The notes beneath the pieces are model-generated. The model had not been told where the DNA came from. It ran no database searches and was given only the letters and a program-made list of their open reading frames with translations. Source: Podarcis erhardii (lineage: Eukaryota). Taken from it: a DNA stretch of 64,000 nucleotides. Positions 49,266-61,488 of this stretch are shown in pieces. Position 1 is the stretch's first letter. Each line of letters opens with the position of its first letter. Both the position numbers and the translations under genes were made by a program. The stretch lies in the NCBI GenBank assembly GCA_964252035.1, contig OZ176200.1; one strand, written 5' to 3'.

Positions 49266-50842
49266 CTGCAAGGCCAAGGGATATTAGGATGAGGCTGCCT
49301 TTTCCCTCCCCAGCCCTCCCCAGACCCAGAAGAACAAGGAGGAAGTAGGAACATGACTGGAGGAATGAGCTGTGGACAACATATAGGAAGCTGCCTTATC
49401 CTGAGCTGGGCCATTGCTTCATCTAGCTCAGGAGCAGCAGCCCTTCCCAGCCCTACCTGGACACTCAGGTGACTGAACCTGGGAGTTTTTGCGGGCTAAC
49501 CAGCCTCATATAGGCAATGTGCTTAGGTCTAATTAATGCCTTAAGGGGTTAAGATCATAGAGTAAGCTGTTCTGCCAGGTTTAGCTCACCTTGGGAGGAA
49601 CTGGGCATTCAAGCCTTTGTTCTCCTTCAGTCCACCTGAGAAGAGGCTAACCTGGTTGCTCCAGCTTAGCTGAATCGCTCGCACAAGCCACTCTTGACTT
49701 CTACCTATACCAATAATTTAGGAACCATCACCACTATAATGAAGCCAAGTTTTACTGCCTGTGCAGTTTTCTGAAGCACATGAATCTGACCATTGAAGAG
49801 TTTATATGTAAACCATTTTTAACATACCAAATGTGGTCTTTTTCTATGTTAGGGGAAGAGGGAAACTTTGGAACTCTCTTTAAAGGATGCACATTTTAAA
49901 GGTCTAACAGCCTATCTTGGCACGCCTTAATTTGCTGCGTGTTTTGTGAATTTAAATCTCTGCTGGGGTTCTCTTACTTGCCTCAAACCTGGATCTTGAC
50001 AACCAGGAATTCTCCCTTTTGTACCTATATTTCCTTAAGCCAATGGTTTTTGCATGCAGAACATAAGCACGAGCTCCATCACTGGGCAACAGTCCTTCCC
50101 CAAACATGGCCACACCCAGACTTTGTAGCAGAAAAGTTGGGGACTGAGGACATAGCTCAGGACTCTCATCTCCTAGAACAGCCCATTCTCACTCCCCAGG
50201 AGTCCTGCATACTTGGGAGTATGCCATGTTGAGCACAGTGGAATTTACTTCCAGGCACACAAGCCTAGGGTTGCATGGTCAGTTTGCTTTAGAGACTGAG
50301 CACAGTCCTATCTAGCTTCCTCTGGTTTGGAATTACAGGTCCTAGTATTGTTAGTCCAGAGGGACTGCAACTCCCACCATCCCTGACCACTGGCCATTTA
50401 GGCTAGGGCTGATGGGAGTTGAAGTCAAAGGACATTTATAAGGCCAGATGTTCCCCATCCCTGGTACAAACGCTTTAAACATCAAGGGTGATGGTGATCT
50501 CAGGGATGCTGGACTCAGACTGCATTCTGCTACTGCTGAAAAGATCTACTCTGGAATTTCTCAACCTCAGCAGCTCATTGAGCTCTCAGGACTTTATTTC
50601 TGAACTCCAGACTAATCCAAGACTAAGCAGTACCTGCTTTTTTGACACAGGGGCTATGGCCATAGCACCATTCCCATGGCTCAAATGCCACCAGAGAGAG
50701 AAACCTCCGTAATCTGAGTCTTGCCTTGACGCTCCCCCAGATTCTAGGTCTGTCTGTTCCACTGCTCTTTACGAAGGCAACTTTTCCTCGCCACCCACCC
50801 CATGGCGTTGCCTCCAAGGCCTTTCACCCTTCTTTCACTCAC

Positions 50843-50992
50843 CATGGATGGGCAGAGAGAACCTTGCGGATGAAGAGTGCAGCACTCTGGGAGACGTTGG
50901 GGTACAACTTGAAGGCATCATAACGCCCTGCCAGGATCCTGCTCTCTACTTCCAAGGGATCCGTCTCAAAGAATGGGGAGCGTCCGCTGAGC
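50843..50992 (-). CDS. SPEG: SPEG kinase 2 exon ([12 protein letters not shown]...[11 protein letters not shown]), 150 nt
   Basis: Acceptor cttgtcag, donor ATG|GTGAGT, phase 2/2. Confidence 0.96.
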
Positions 50993-51274
50993 CTGACAAG
51001 CAAAATAGAAGATAAAAGTTCAGGGCACACACATGCACAATATCACTCGTCCGTCAAACCAGCACTCCCAGCTTCAAGGGAGGAACAGCACCTCCACGGG
51101 GAACAGAGGTACCGATCTGAAGTTTTTATGGAGAAGTTTTTATGGTGCATCCTGTCCTTTAAGTGAATCTGGTCAGGTGAGTCAGAAAAGAAGGCTCTGG
51201 ACATCCATTTCTAATTCCACCTCTTCTCTCCTGCTTGTCAGATTCCCACATTCGCCCTCTTCAGCCATACTTAC

Positions 51275-51350
51275 ATGATGTATATGAGGACCCCCAAGCC
51301 CCAGATGTCAGCTGCCGAACCAATGGGATCCCCCTTCACCATTTCTGGAG
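51275..51350 (-). CDS. SPEG: SPEG kinase 2 exon ([26 protein letters not shown]), 76 nt
   Basis: Not in the ORF track; read manually. Acceptor tcctttgcag, donor CAT|GTAAGT, phase 1/2; APE and DIW motifs. Confidence 0.96.
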
Positions 51351-52012
51351 CTGCAAAGGAAACAGTGAAGGATCATCTCTTTCCCTGCACAGAAGCTGCA
51401 CCACTTTACCCTGGCCTTTGACAGTTAAAGGTTTTTTTGTTTAACCTATACTGTGCTGCTTTTATTTGGAACTCTTTTACTCAGGGGTGGACAGTAGGGT
51501 GGGGAGAAGTGTTTACCTGACCTCTTGATAGGTCAGTAACTACTGCTTATTTGGAGAGGTGAGCTGGCTGCAAATTTGGGAGTTGGTGTGTTTGCACCAC
51601 GCCAGTGTCCCTCCCATCCCCCTTTTCTCTCCTGGTAAACGACAGTGGATCACATACCAGAAAGTCAGGTAGGTGTCTGCCCCTCCATGCCACCTCACTG
51701 CTGGTTTTACTTGTGTTTTTTTAATAGTCGTATAAACTGCCTTACTTACTTTTATAATTGTATGATTATATTTTTATAAGCTTTCCTGGGTCCTTGTGGT
51801 GAATGGTGGGCAATAAATCTTATACAAAAATAAAGAAATAAATTGCCATAATGAGCCCAGAGGGGCTTCTGTTTGTTGTGCTAGTGAGACCCACTGGATT
51901 AAGCTGATTGATCCTCTGCCCCTCTATGGTTAAGATGCAAGTGAATCATCTGTGGTCTAGCCTGGGAGGTGAACAAAACTGTGTAAAGTAAACAGCTCTA
52001 AGCCTGGAGCAG

Positions 52013-52017
<5 letters not shown>

Positions 52018-52086
<69 letters not shown>
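52018..52086. repeat. Compound (CT)n(CA)n microsatellite
   Basis: Direct read. Confidence 0.95.
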
Positions 52087-52091
<5 letters not shown>

Positions 52092-52117
52092 AACAACCCT
52101 AGCAGTAAAGTGTCTGG

Positions 52118-52255
52118 GGAAAGCTCAGTTGCTTAGAGCATGGTGCTGATAATACCAAGGTTGCAGGTGCAATTCCTGTATAGGAGAGCTACATATTCCT
52201 GCATTGCAGGGGGTTGGACCAGATGATACTTAGGGTTCCTTCCAACTCTATGATT
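52118..52255 (+). mobile_element. SINE with tRNA-Ile-derived head and the same body/tail as the Lys-headed SINE
   Basis: agctcagttgcttagagcatggtgctgataataccaaggttgcagg, then attcctgcattgcagggggttggac...ccttccaactctatgatt. Confidence 0.75.
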
Positions 52256-52565
52256 TAAAGTTCTGTCCTCATCTCCTAGTGTGAGTCCTGCAAAAGAGTA
52301 GCCTACGAAACCAAGAACTTAACATTCTGGGAAGGGAGGAATTCCCCCATTTCTGCCATCTCCACTCTTTGGTGCTAGTCCCTTTGTCAATTAAATAGTA
52401 TGCAACTCCAACCCATTAGCCACATGCGTAGCTCAGCCTATAGGTACCATGTATATTCATTCCATGGCATACTTACTCCACAAGCAGTTTGCCTTGCCCA
52501 CAAAATCTCACGCACATCCTCCCCTACCCAATCTTCTGGTATGCCAATTCCATAAAGATACTCAC

Positions 52566-52789
52566 CCATGTACTCCAGTGTGCCAACACGACGCCCCAGC
52601 TGGCGCAACACCAGTGGGTTGTAGGTCTGGGCACTGCCGAAGTCAATAATTTTTAATGTGTTTGTGGGGCTGACAATGATGTTATCAGGCTTCAGGTCGA
52701 GATGAATGATGCGCCGTCCATGCAGATATTCTAGTCCTTGGAGGATTTGTGTTACATACCCCACCACATCATCCTCTGAGTAACGGAAC
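52566..52789 (-). CDS. SPEG: SPEG kinase 2 catalytic exon ([17 protein letters not shown]), 224 nt
   Basis: Acceptor ttactctacag, donor TGG|GTGAGT; intact HLD-K-N and DFG motifs. Confidence 0.97.
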
Positions 52790-53569
52790 CTGTAGAGTAA
52801 AGCATGTCACCGAGAGGATAGAGCGAAGGACACAAGAACCCTTCCCTTGCACTTGTACTGGTACTGGTGCAATTAAACAACAATATGGTACCATTACTCC
52901 TAAATAAGCACACTGGTGACTTTAAGTTATACACAATGAAGACCCATGATTATATTTTCTATTTTTTTAAACAAGTTATACATCTATTTTTGTTTTGGTT
53001 TCATGCATTTGTTGAACTGATCTTTTCTTTTAAAACTTTCCCCTGTCTGTACAACCCCATTCAAGGCCCACCTATGATGTTTTTTGCTGACAGTGGTCAG
53101 AAGTTAAAATTTTAACCCCACCCCAACCTCATCCTTGTGTGTTGCTGTGTGACAACGGGGGACATTAAATGATCAAGGGCTGATCAATATGTTATTTTCT
53201 TACTTTCATTTTTACTTTCAGTCACTTCACCACCACCCTGTTTCTGTTCTACATTACTTTGCAATTTCCTTTGTTCCTGCTGCTTAAGCTTTGCACGTGC
53301 AATCAAAATAGCACTGCTCCACACAGGAAGGAGGACAGGGACAGGACAGGGTGCCCCAAAGGACATCCCAATGAGGATTAAGCAGACTTAGCAGCCATGG
53401 AATTTTGACGGCTGGAGGAACATCAGAGAAATGGGTGGAATGGAAAATGGAACAAAGGCACGAGGGGCTGACTGAACAGAAGCACTCCACACTGCAACAT
53501 GTTGCTGTAGATTCCACTTTTCGTAACTAAATACCACCACCATATTCCTTTTCTTATAATGCTAGAGAC

Positions 53570-53760
53570 CGTCAACATCTGCTGAAGCTGAATGTTGGAA
53601 CATTCAGGACAGACAAAACCAAGTACTTCTTCACGCAGCACCAGCCAAGCTATGGTGCTTGCTCTCACAGGAGGCAGTGAAGGCCACCAAGTTGGATGGC
53701 TTGAAAAGAGGATGAGACAAATTCATGGGGAAGGAGAGGGCTATCAGGTTGCTGGAACCA
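53570..53760 (+). mobile_element. CR1 LINE 3' fragment
   Basis: ttcaggacagacaaaaccaagtacttcttcacgcagc...ggcttgaaaagagg...aaattcatgg. Confidence 0.65.
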
Positions 53761-53999
53761 CAGGAGGGTTTGAAGAATCACATGGAGTCTGAAACATAGG
53801 GGCAAGGCAGCCCCTCAACCCTTTAGGGAAGTAGGCAGCAGTTACCTCTAGTTGTCTTGTGTCCACTTGGGGTTTTCTGTCCTGTCTTTTATCCATTTGT
53901 TGGGTTTGGTTGTTTTACCCCCAGCCCACCCAGTGCTCCAACTGATTGTGATCTTTCTGATTTGAATCATAGCCTAAACATTTTGCAGTTCCTTCCCCC

Positions 54000-54240
54000 A
54001 CCTACTCTGGTTCTGTATCATCAGCAAAATCTAATGTTTTACTGAAGTCATTAATCATAATATTGAACAGTGCTAGATCCAGGACAGAGACATAGACATT
54101 TTGGCTGCCAAATGCATTAAAATTAAAATAAGAGGCTCTGGAAACCTGTGCTCTATACAGACTCATCTGAAAAAAGAAATTCCACTTAAAAGTGTTGCAA
54201 GGAGTATCAGTTGCACAACAGAAAGCCATTTATGATCCAA
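54000..54240 (-). mobile_element. Degenerate CR1 RT fragment
   Basis: Reverse strand reads FNIMINDF...DFADDT. Confidence 0.55.
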
Positions 54241-54244
54241 TGAC

Positions 54245-54245
<1 letters not shown>

Positions 54246-54288
<43 letters not shown>
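54246..54288. repeat. (AAT)n microsatellite
   Basis: Direct read. Confidence 0.95.
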
Positions 54289-54998
54289 TTGTTATTATCA
54301 TTATTATCATGATATACTACTAATTAGTATACTATTATTTATACATGTGGGACGTGACAAAATACAGTATCTCCTGTCAGGATACTACATTCCATTTCTA
54401 CCCATCGGTCTGCATTCTATGCCCACTGAGCACGTTCAGTTCTTATTGGGCTGTTAGGTCTCCCCACCCCCACAAATGTTTTGTACTTTTGCAAACCTTG
54501 GGGCTTCCCTGAGCCTTTTGTTCATGAGTGGCACTGTTTTGGCTACATGAGGACTGGCACTCAGAGATCTGAAGTTGCTGCCAGTATATGATCGTGTTGG
54601 CAGTGCCATCAATTGACATGGTGCTTTGTAGCAGGGGTGGGGAATCAGTGGCCCTCTAGATGTTTTTGGGACTCCCAACTCTCACCAACTCAGCCATTGG
54701 CTGTGCTGATGAGAGGCAGAATTCAACAGCATCTGGAGGACCATGAATCCCTCACCCCTTTTCTTATGCAAAGCAACAACAAAAAAGGTCTTTGCCTCAA
54801 GGAACATATACTATGCATTTCAGCCACAAGAGGAATAGGAGAGGCAAGGGTTAACAACTAATGACTGTAAGCCCATCAAGTTGCACATTCACAGGAATCC
54901 GCTCATGTCAATCTCATGAACATCAAAGCGCAGGAAAGGTTTATATCCATTTATCTTTAACATATTCACAGAAGTAAGATTGCAGAAAAAAATTCCTC

Positions 54999-55058
54999 TG
55001 TATAATGTGGTCCTCAGTCACTAACTATAATGTGTATAATATGGTCCTCAGTCACTAA
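54999..55058. repeat. Near-perfect tandem duplication (period 34)
   Basis: tgtataatrtggtcctcagtcactaa twice. Confidence 0.85.
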
Positions 55059-55585
55059 GTACTCTTCATTCAAGCCAGGCCCTTCCTTGAACCATCTAGA
55101 TGAATTTTACTAAAGGTGTCCTGCAGTGTCTTAAAGCATAGCATAATTTACTTGCCTCTTGCTGTTCCAGATTATAAAGCAGAAGATGACAAGGAATAGG
55201 TTCAAATGTTTGGGTCGAGTGGAGGTATCTGCACTGTGTTACTTTTATTTCCCTTCAGCTCTACTATTCTGACTCAGTGGCACAGTTTGCCCTCTTCAAT
55301 TGCCCTGTTGTGAATAGGTCCAGTTATCACCTCTGCCATGGATTTTCTGGTCAACTAAAACTGATTCAGGCCCACAAACTGATTCATGCCCCCATTGCAT
55401 GTGACTAGACCAACACTACTGTCTCATCCTGGTTTTTATGTTTGCAACTCTCTGTTACCTTGCTAGTTAGCCAAACCCCTCTGTGGCCCAATGCTTGGCC
55501 CTCTCAGACACAGAGCTTCTCCTCTTAACATCCTGGAGTCCCACCCCTAACCCCCTCCTGCCTCCCAACCTACCCCACAACAAAC

Positions 55586-55825
55586 CTGTCAACAAAGTGG
55601 TAGAGGATCTCCTTCCCAGGGCAGTGTTCAGCTATCAGCACCAGATAGCGGGGGGTGATGTAGGCCTCGTGCAGAGTCATGATGCGATCGTGGTGTAGGC
55701 CCTTTAGGATCTCATATTCCTGCAGGACGCTCTGCTTGCCTTCCGTTTCATAGGGCACAATCTTAGCCATGAATCGCTTGCCCGTGGCATTCTCCTTACA
55801 TTCCCGAATCACTCCAAACCGGCCC
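55586..55825 (-). CDS. SPEG: SPEG kinase 2 N-lobe exon ([12 protein letters not shown]...FMAKIV...[13 protein letters not shown]), 240 nt
   Basis: Acceptor atgcgcag, donor CAG|GTTTGT, phase 2/2; Gly-loop, AK lysine, helix C. Confidence 0.96.
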
Positions 55826-56949
55826 CTGCGCATATATACATGGAGCATGCTAAGTGCATGTCTGGACGCTTGCTAGGCCTGCCTAACAAAAGCTAAGGCA
55901 CAGTGTACATAGCTTCTGTTACACAGCACTGCACATGCAACCACAGAGTTCAATGGATATGACAACAGTTTTCATATAGTTAAATCACCCAGGATTGGCT
56001 GAGACAGAGTGGGCCAAGATGCACTTGTGGGCTGGAGGTTCCCCATCTGCTTTACAGAGTGAGACTATAAGACTGTGATAGTACAGTTTTGGACAGTACC
56101 ACTCCAGATCACAGCTGCGAAGGGGTCACATTTTTGAATGCTCCATCTTGTAACAAGTTCATTGCATGTAGTAAGCAAGCACATTAAGAAGAGGGTTTAT
56201 AACTAAATGTTTCTGACAAGCTAGTTTAGTACATATAAGGTTTTTTAAAAGCACTGGAGGGAACATTCAAAGGTATGTGTTTCCCAGGCACAGCAGTACG
56301 AAGTAGCGCAATCCAGAATTCTACCACTTTGGTTTACTACTTTAAACTGCATAATGCATAGAAAGAGCTCTTGAATTTGTGTGACAAGTTTAATCTCCGT
56401 CGGCTTAGCTGAAATGAAACACCTGCCATATGATTCCTGCCATTTTCATGCAATAAACATGGTTGTGTGATTGGGCCTGTGGAGATGAGAGTCAGAGAGT
56501 CAAGTACATGACTGAAATGTACCATAATGGAATGGAAGGGGGTTTAGCATTGCTTGGGCACAGAGGAGAAGGAGGGCTTCTGGCGTGGGGTCTAAATCTC
56601 TGAAGATACATAGGAGGCAGTGGACGGGGGCAAGGGAGGCTGCTAATGCTATGGTCACAACATGAGAGGCCTTGGTTACATCCAGGATGAGAGAAGGTTG
56701 GTTGCTGCACCCAATGCTGAGAAATTCCTGGTCCAGAAATAGACTAGAGGGAGGCATCATTCTGTGCTGCTTTGCATGCTATCTAGGAGAAGGTCTCAGG
56801 TTCAGACCCTGACATATCCAGGTGCAGGGCAGGGAACAAGGTTTTCTCCTTTGAACCTGGAGCACCAACAGCCAGATAATAGTGGACCAGAATGACCACT
56901 TCCTGCACCGGGCTTTCAGCTTCCTATGTCCCTATGAAAGATCTCTTAC

Positions 56950-57739
56950 CTTGCTTTCTCATCCAAGAAGGTGTAGGGTTTTTGAGGGACCACTTGGCGC
57001 AACGACGACTCATCCTTGGAAGTTGAAGTGAGCCTGCCCTGAGCCCCACTCCCAGCGTCCCGGCCAGGGGTACTGCTGCGGCTCAGGAAGCGAGTGTGAG
57101 AAGGCCCCTCTTCTGGGCTGGGGGTAACTGGCTGGCTGTGTGCACCTTCCGTTGTGCTGGGCGCCCTTGGTGGGATGGAGATGAAAGAGGTGGCCATGTA
57201 GGGAACAGCTTTTGGTGAGACGGTCACTGGCGAGTCTGCCGCGGGGGTTGGTAAGGCAGGAGAGATGGGCAAAAACTTGGAGACGGAAGACCCAGGGGAG
57301 GATGCCGCAGCAGGCGAGACCCTGGTGGGCACTGAGGCACTGTGGGTGCTGAGAGAAGATGCTGTTCTGGAAGGCTTCGAGTCTGGCTCTGGAGAGGTGG
57401 ACGGCGCAACAGCTGGAGGTTCGGAAGACGAGGCCTCCTTGGAGGATGGAATCAGGGCCGCAATCGGGAGCTTGGCCTTCACCGTGGCCAGAGGCTTTTC
57501 CTCAGGTTGAGTCACTTTGGGGGCAGCAGGAGCCTTGCCCCCTTGCGCCGGCACTGCCCCCTTGTGCTTCCTGGGAGGGGAGGACGGCAGGGGACCTGTA
57601 TTTCTGCGCATGGGTTGGGGAGACTGGTCAGTGAGGGTCTGGGTGGATCTGGTGAAAGCGGCTTTCTCCGGGGCAGTTGTACTCTTTTTGGCAGTGAGAG
57701 CTGAGAAGGCAGTCTTGGGTTCTGGGAGAGGAGAAGAGG
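56950..57739 (-). CDS. SPEG: SPEG Pro/Ser-rich exon before kinase 2 (ASSPLPEPK...PQKPYTFLDEKAR), 790 nt
   Basis: Ends in KPYTFLDEKAR with donor AAG|GTAAGA (phase 2). Acceptor chosen as aaatcag (57740-57742), the only nearby CAG giving the required phase 1; this boundary is less certain. Confidence 0.82.
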
Positions 57740-57790
57740 CTGATTTAGGCTCAAAAGGGGAGGGCCTGCCTCTTTTCAAAAGGCAAGGGA

Positions 57791-57886
57791 AAATCTATAG
57801 AGGGAACCCCTCTCAGCTACCAAATCTATAGAGGGAACCCCTCTCAGCTACCAAATCTATAGAGGGAACCCCTCTCAGCTACCAAA
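57791..57886. repeat. Perfect 31-bp tandem repeat x3
   Basis: aaatctatagagggaacccctctcagctacc at 57791, 57822 and 57853. Confidence 0.97.
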
Positions 57887-58258
57887 CAGTGGGAATCCCA
57901 ACTATAGCAGAGCCAGCTCAATAAAAGAAATATCCTGCCTACCGAGGGCAGCTGCACCTTGACACCATGAGGTGGGCTTGCAGCCAGAATTTAGGACATG
58001 GCTTGTGGAGTACTTGCAAGCACAATGGCTGCATACACACCATTCAGTTTTTGAAGCATACCATATATCTGAAACAAATCCCCCCCTCAATAATCTTGGG
58101 AACTGTAATTTGTTAAAGGACCTGGAGGGGTAAACAACAGCTCCTAGGTTTCCTGGTAGTGGTGGGAATGTATTTTCAATGTATGGTGTGTACACAGCCA
58201 CGGCAACCTATTGGTTGGTTCAGACTGTCAGGACTAAGAGCACCTCCCTTGTCCTCAC

Positions 58259-58423
58259 CTGCACCCTCAATGAAGACCTTCCCCGAGGGGTTGCTGTAGG
58301 GGCCTTGTCCGGCCTTGTTAGCACAGGCAACACGAAACTTGACCATGCTCGCAACGGGGAGATCTGTCACGTTGAAGTAGCAGTCAGCGATGCCTGAGCT
58401 GACCAACTTCCACTCATGTTCTC
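58259..58423 (-). CDS. SPEG: SPEG Fn3 exon 2 (GEHEWKLVSSGIADCYFNV...FRVACANKAGQGPYS), 165 nt
   Basis: Acceptor cccatcccag, donor CAG|GTGAGG, phase 1/1. Confidence 0.95.
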
Positions 58424-58739
58424 CTGGGATGGGGGAAGGAAAACATCAAAGCTATCTGCAGTAAATATAACACATTAAAGACCAAACAAAACCAATGCTG
58501 AAAACCAGAAACAAACAAAAAAAACCAACCACAGAATGCAGGGGAAAAATCAAAATGAAAACATGGTGCAAGAAAAAAAGATTTGGCATCAGACTGAAAC
58601 GCAGGTAAAGAGAGGGTTGATTAGGGCAGGGCAGGGAGCTCCACAAAGCATGGGGAAGAATGCAAATGAGACAGGACTGTTGATAGCTTGGTCCCAAACT
58701 GTTTTGGGGCTTTGTAGTCATAACCAGGATTTTGAATTA

Positions 58740-58990
58740 GGAACAGTTAGCCAATGAACAATATCGGAGTCATATGCTCTGATAAGCACCATCCTAGCTA
58801 CTGAATTCTGCACCAGCTGAGGTTTCTGAACCTTTTCTGGAATCAGCTCCACGTAGGGTGTGTACCATATCTGCCTAATCTGGATCATGTTACCAAAACA
58901 TGTGTGACAGTGGCTGGATATTGCCTCGGGGAGGGGGGGGCTCACTGGAAGAGGCTGTGCCTTGCCTTGCATGAAGATTGAACCTAGTCT
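58740..58990 (-). mobile_element. Old L2 LINE ORF2 fragment
   Basis: Minus strand KVQKPQLVQNSVARMV resembles the L2 motif LQLVQNAAARL. Confidence 0.5.
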
Positions 58991-59365
58991 TGAAAACACC
59001 CATCTGTACAGAAAGGTGATGAACTCCGTATCTTGTCCTCAGATTTGGGCTGAATCTGTAACTGAACTGCATATAATGCAAGAGGATGGGGAAGGGAAAC
59101 TACTAGGAAGCAATACTTCTTGTACCTCCAGCTGTTTGGGAATGGGCAAGCAACTAAAGGAGTAGGAATGAGAAGATGACTGCGAGTTGCACTGTAACCT
59201 TATTAGAAGAATAAAAAATTCTGCACATGCGAACATGGAGGTGGTGGATATGGAGCCCCAGAAGGTCCACAAAGAACCAGGGGAATGCACGTGACGACTA
59301 GAGCCTCTGCAAAGGAAAGGGCAGAAAGCAGCTGGCAATATTTTCCACATCCCACCAGTTCATAC

Positions 59366-59488
59366 CATCCATCTTCCGTTCCAGCGTGTATGTGCAGGGT
59401 GCCTGAGTATCCGCTGGCCTCCATAGCACCAGGACTGTGTTCCTGTACTTCTGGGGGATTTCTGGGGTGCCTGGTCTCCCAGGAATCT
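59366..59488 (-). CDS. SPEG: SPEG Fn3 exon 1 (KIPGRPGTPEIPQKY...YTLERKMD), 123 nt
   Basis: Acceptor tcctaacag, donor ATG|GTATGA, phase 1/1; Fn3 W and Y motifs. Confidence 0.94.
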
Positions 59489-59559
59489 CTGTTAGGAACA
59501 GGTTTGAGAAAAGAGAAATAAATGGAAGAGCATGAGATAGTAACCTATGAGATATGGGA

Positions 59560-59860
59560 TGGAAGGATCTGTTGATTTCGTTTCTCACAGTTTCTATTTT
59601 TTTCCAGTCTTAAATTCAGTTCTCCACATTTTGCAGGAATTTGTGGATTAAAAAACAAAAACAAAAACTCATGTACCATCATTTCAGTACAAATTTCTCG
59701 ATAAATTTCTGCATGCATTTTTTAAAAAACTAAGGTAGACGTATTTACACAAATATCTTCATTTTTATGCATATATTCCTATAATACATGCATTTTTGTA
59801 AAGATTATTTGGTTGGAGAACTGCACTTCAGAATTCAGATGAGTGTGAATGTAAAGGGAG
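59560..59860. repeat. Interspersed repeat shared with about 41450-41770
   Basis: Both contain cttaaattcagtt...cac, tatgcatat and tttggtggagaac segments. Confidence 0.5.
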
Positions 59861-60018
59861 AGCTGTTTCAGAATAGGTGAATTTTATAGATTCGGTTGTC
59901 AATGCACACTGAATCATATTTCTCTTCCATTGCTACATGAGATATATTGCCGCAACAAGCTCACAGATGTTTGGTTGGGGTGGTGGGGAACCACAGCGCA
60001 CTCTTTTTCTATCCTTAC

Positions 60019-60186
60019 TTGCTACAGCCAGGGTGCAGGAACTGGTGGCAGTGCCCAGCGCATTGGTAGCGTTGCATTCATACAAGCCTGCATCCTTCTT
60101 GGAGACTTTGGAGATGGTGAGCAGCTGGCGGCCATCTTTACATGCCACAATGTTGAGAACACCCTCTGATACCAGGGTGTTCTTAT
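60019..60186 (-). CDS. SPEG: SPEG Ig domain exon 2 (DKNTLVSE...[14 protein letters not shown]...TLAVA), 168 nt
   Basis: Acceptor cctctgcag, donor CAA|GTAAGG; DxGxYxC Ig motif. Confidence 0.96.
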
Positions 60187-60739
60187 CTGCAGAGGACAAG
60201 AAAACCGATCCGTACAACCACTCTTAGGTATATCAATATTGCACACTGCCTTACATCCTCCTCCTGTAGCTTGTGCTCTAATGCATCTTTGCCACAGAGT
60301 TCATACTCAGTTACTCAAACATGTGAGCTCCATCAGAAGTCGGAGCACCTCTTTGCCTGGCTGAACCCAAGGGGTCCCTATCCCAACAGAGTTCGGCACT
60401 TCTGAGTTCCAAGAGAATGTAACCATTTGGATGGCAACCAGTGCAAGGATACGCAATTTGCATCATGTTGATGCAGGGGTATACAGCTAGGTCTGTCTGC
60501 ATGGATGCCCAAATGGCAGCTCAGTTCTGGGTTTGACCTCTCCTGGCTCTGTGGCTGGACCTGCCTTGGGTGGCATTGCATCATGGCTGTCTGGTAAGAT
60601 AACTGTTAGGAATCACACACTGGGAAACAACTCGGCAGGTATCAGGCTCCACCTTTCTGATCTTGAGAGTCAAGAAGCTATATTGCTTCTTCCAGCCCCA
60701 ACATGCAGACACACACGCTCCTTGTGACACAATGCTTAC

Positions 60740-60856
60740 CTTTCATCCAAAGTATGCGAGGGGCAGGGCTGGCTGCAGGAAGGCAGCAGAGCTGCACTGC
60801 CTCTCCCTCCAGCAGTACCTGGTCCTTCAATTTTATGTGGAAAACTGGAGGGAAGT
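60740..60856 (-). CDS. SPEG: SPEG Ig domain exon 1 ([19 protein letters not shown]...ILWMK), 117 nt
   Basis: Acceptor aatgcag, donor AAG|GTAAGC, phase 1/1; I-set Ig N-terminal half. Confidence 0.96.
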
Positions 60857-60863
60857 CTGCATT

Positions 60864-60941
60864 GGACAAAGAATAAAAGGGGTAAATCCGAGGCTGCTTC
60901 CAGGACAAAGAATAAAAGGGGTAAATCCGAGGCTGCTTCCA
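60864..60941. repeat. Perfect 39-bp tandem duplication
   Basis: ggacaaagaataaaaggggtaaatccgaggctgcttcca at 60864 and 60903. Confidence 0.97.
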
Positions 60942-61488
60942 AGTACCACATAGATGGTGCTAAGAGGCTTGGCAGGAATTGCATCCCCAGCATAGAAATG
61001 ATCCCCTGTAACAGGGTTGGGGAAACCCCAGGTCTGGGGGCCAATTGCAGCTCCCCAGGACTCTCTGCCTGGCCCTCAGAATTCTACACAGCCAATGCCT
61101 CTCTCCATAGGCCCCACCCCCTTTTCCCATGCTCCACCCCTCACTGGTCCTGCTCCATGGTTTCCTTGAGTGTTTTTGCCTAGCTAGAATGTGTCCCTGA
61201 ATGGTAATAATGCCTCTTGCTTGCCTGGTCATTTAGAGGTGTGAGGAGTAACCTCTGACTTTTGCATGACTGGAATTTGGCCTGCTCTAAGGAGTCCCAC
61301 CACTTCCACTCCGTTTTGCCCCTGGCTGTGCCCACCACTGACAAGCAGCCCACGTGGGAATGTGGCCCTCCGACTGAAAAAGGTTTTCCCCCCCCCTGCC
61401 CTATAGAGTGGAGTGGAGAAGATACAAGTTCAGACCTTCGCCATCACGTTTCCCTAGAACGGCCCGCTCTAATTGCCCCAGCGGCTGG

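Noticed and set aside
57794-57800. CTATAG as the acceptor of the 790-nt SPEG exon
   Set aside because: After a phase-1 donor it reaches a TGA within about 15 codons
57791-57886. CRISPR-like array (31-bp repeats)
   Set aside because: Repeats are contiguous with no spacers, in a vertebrate intron; an ordinary minisatellite
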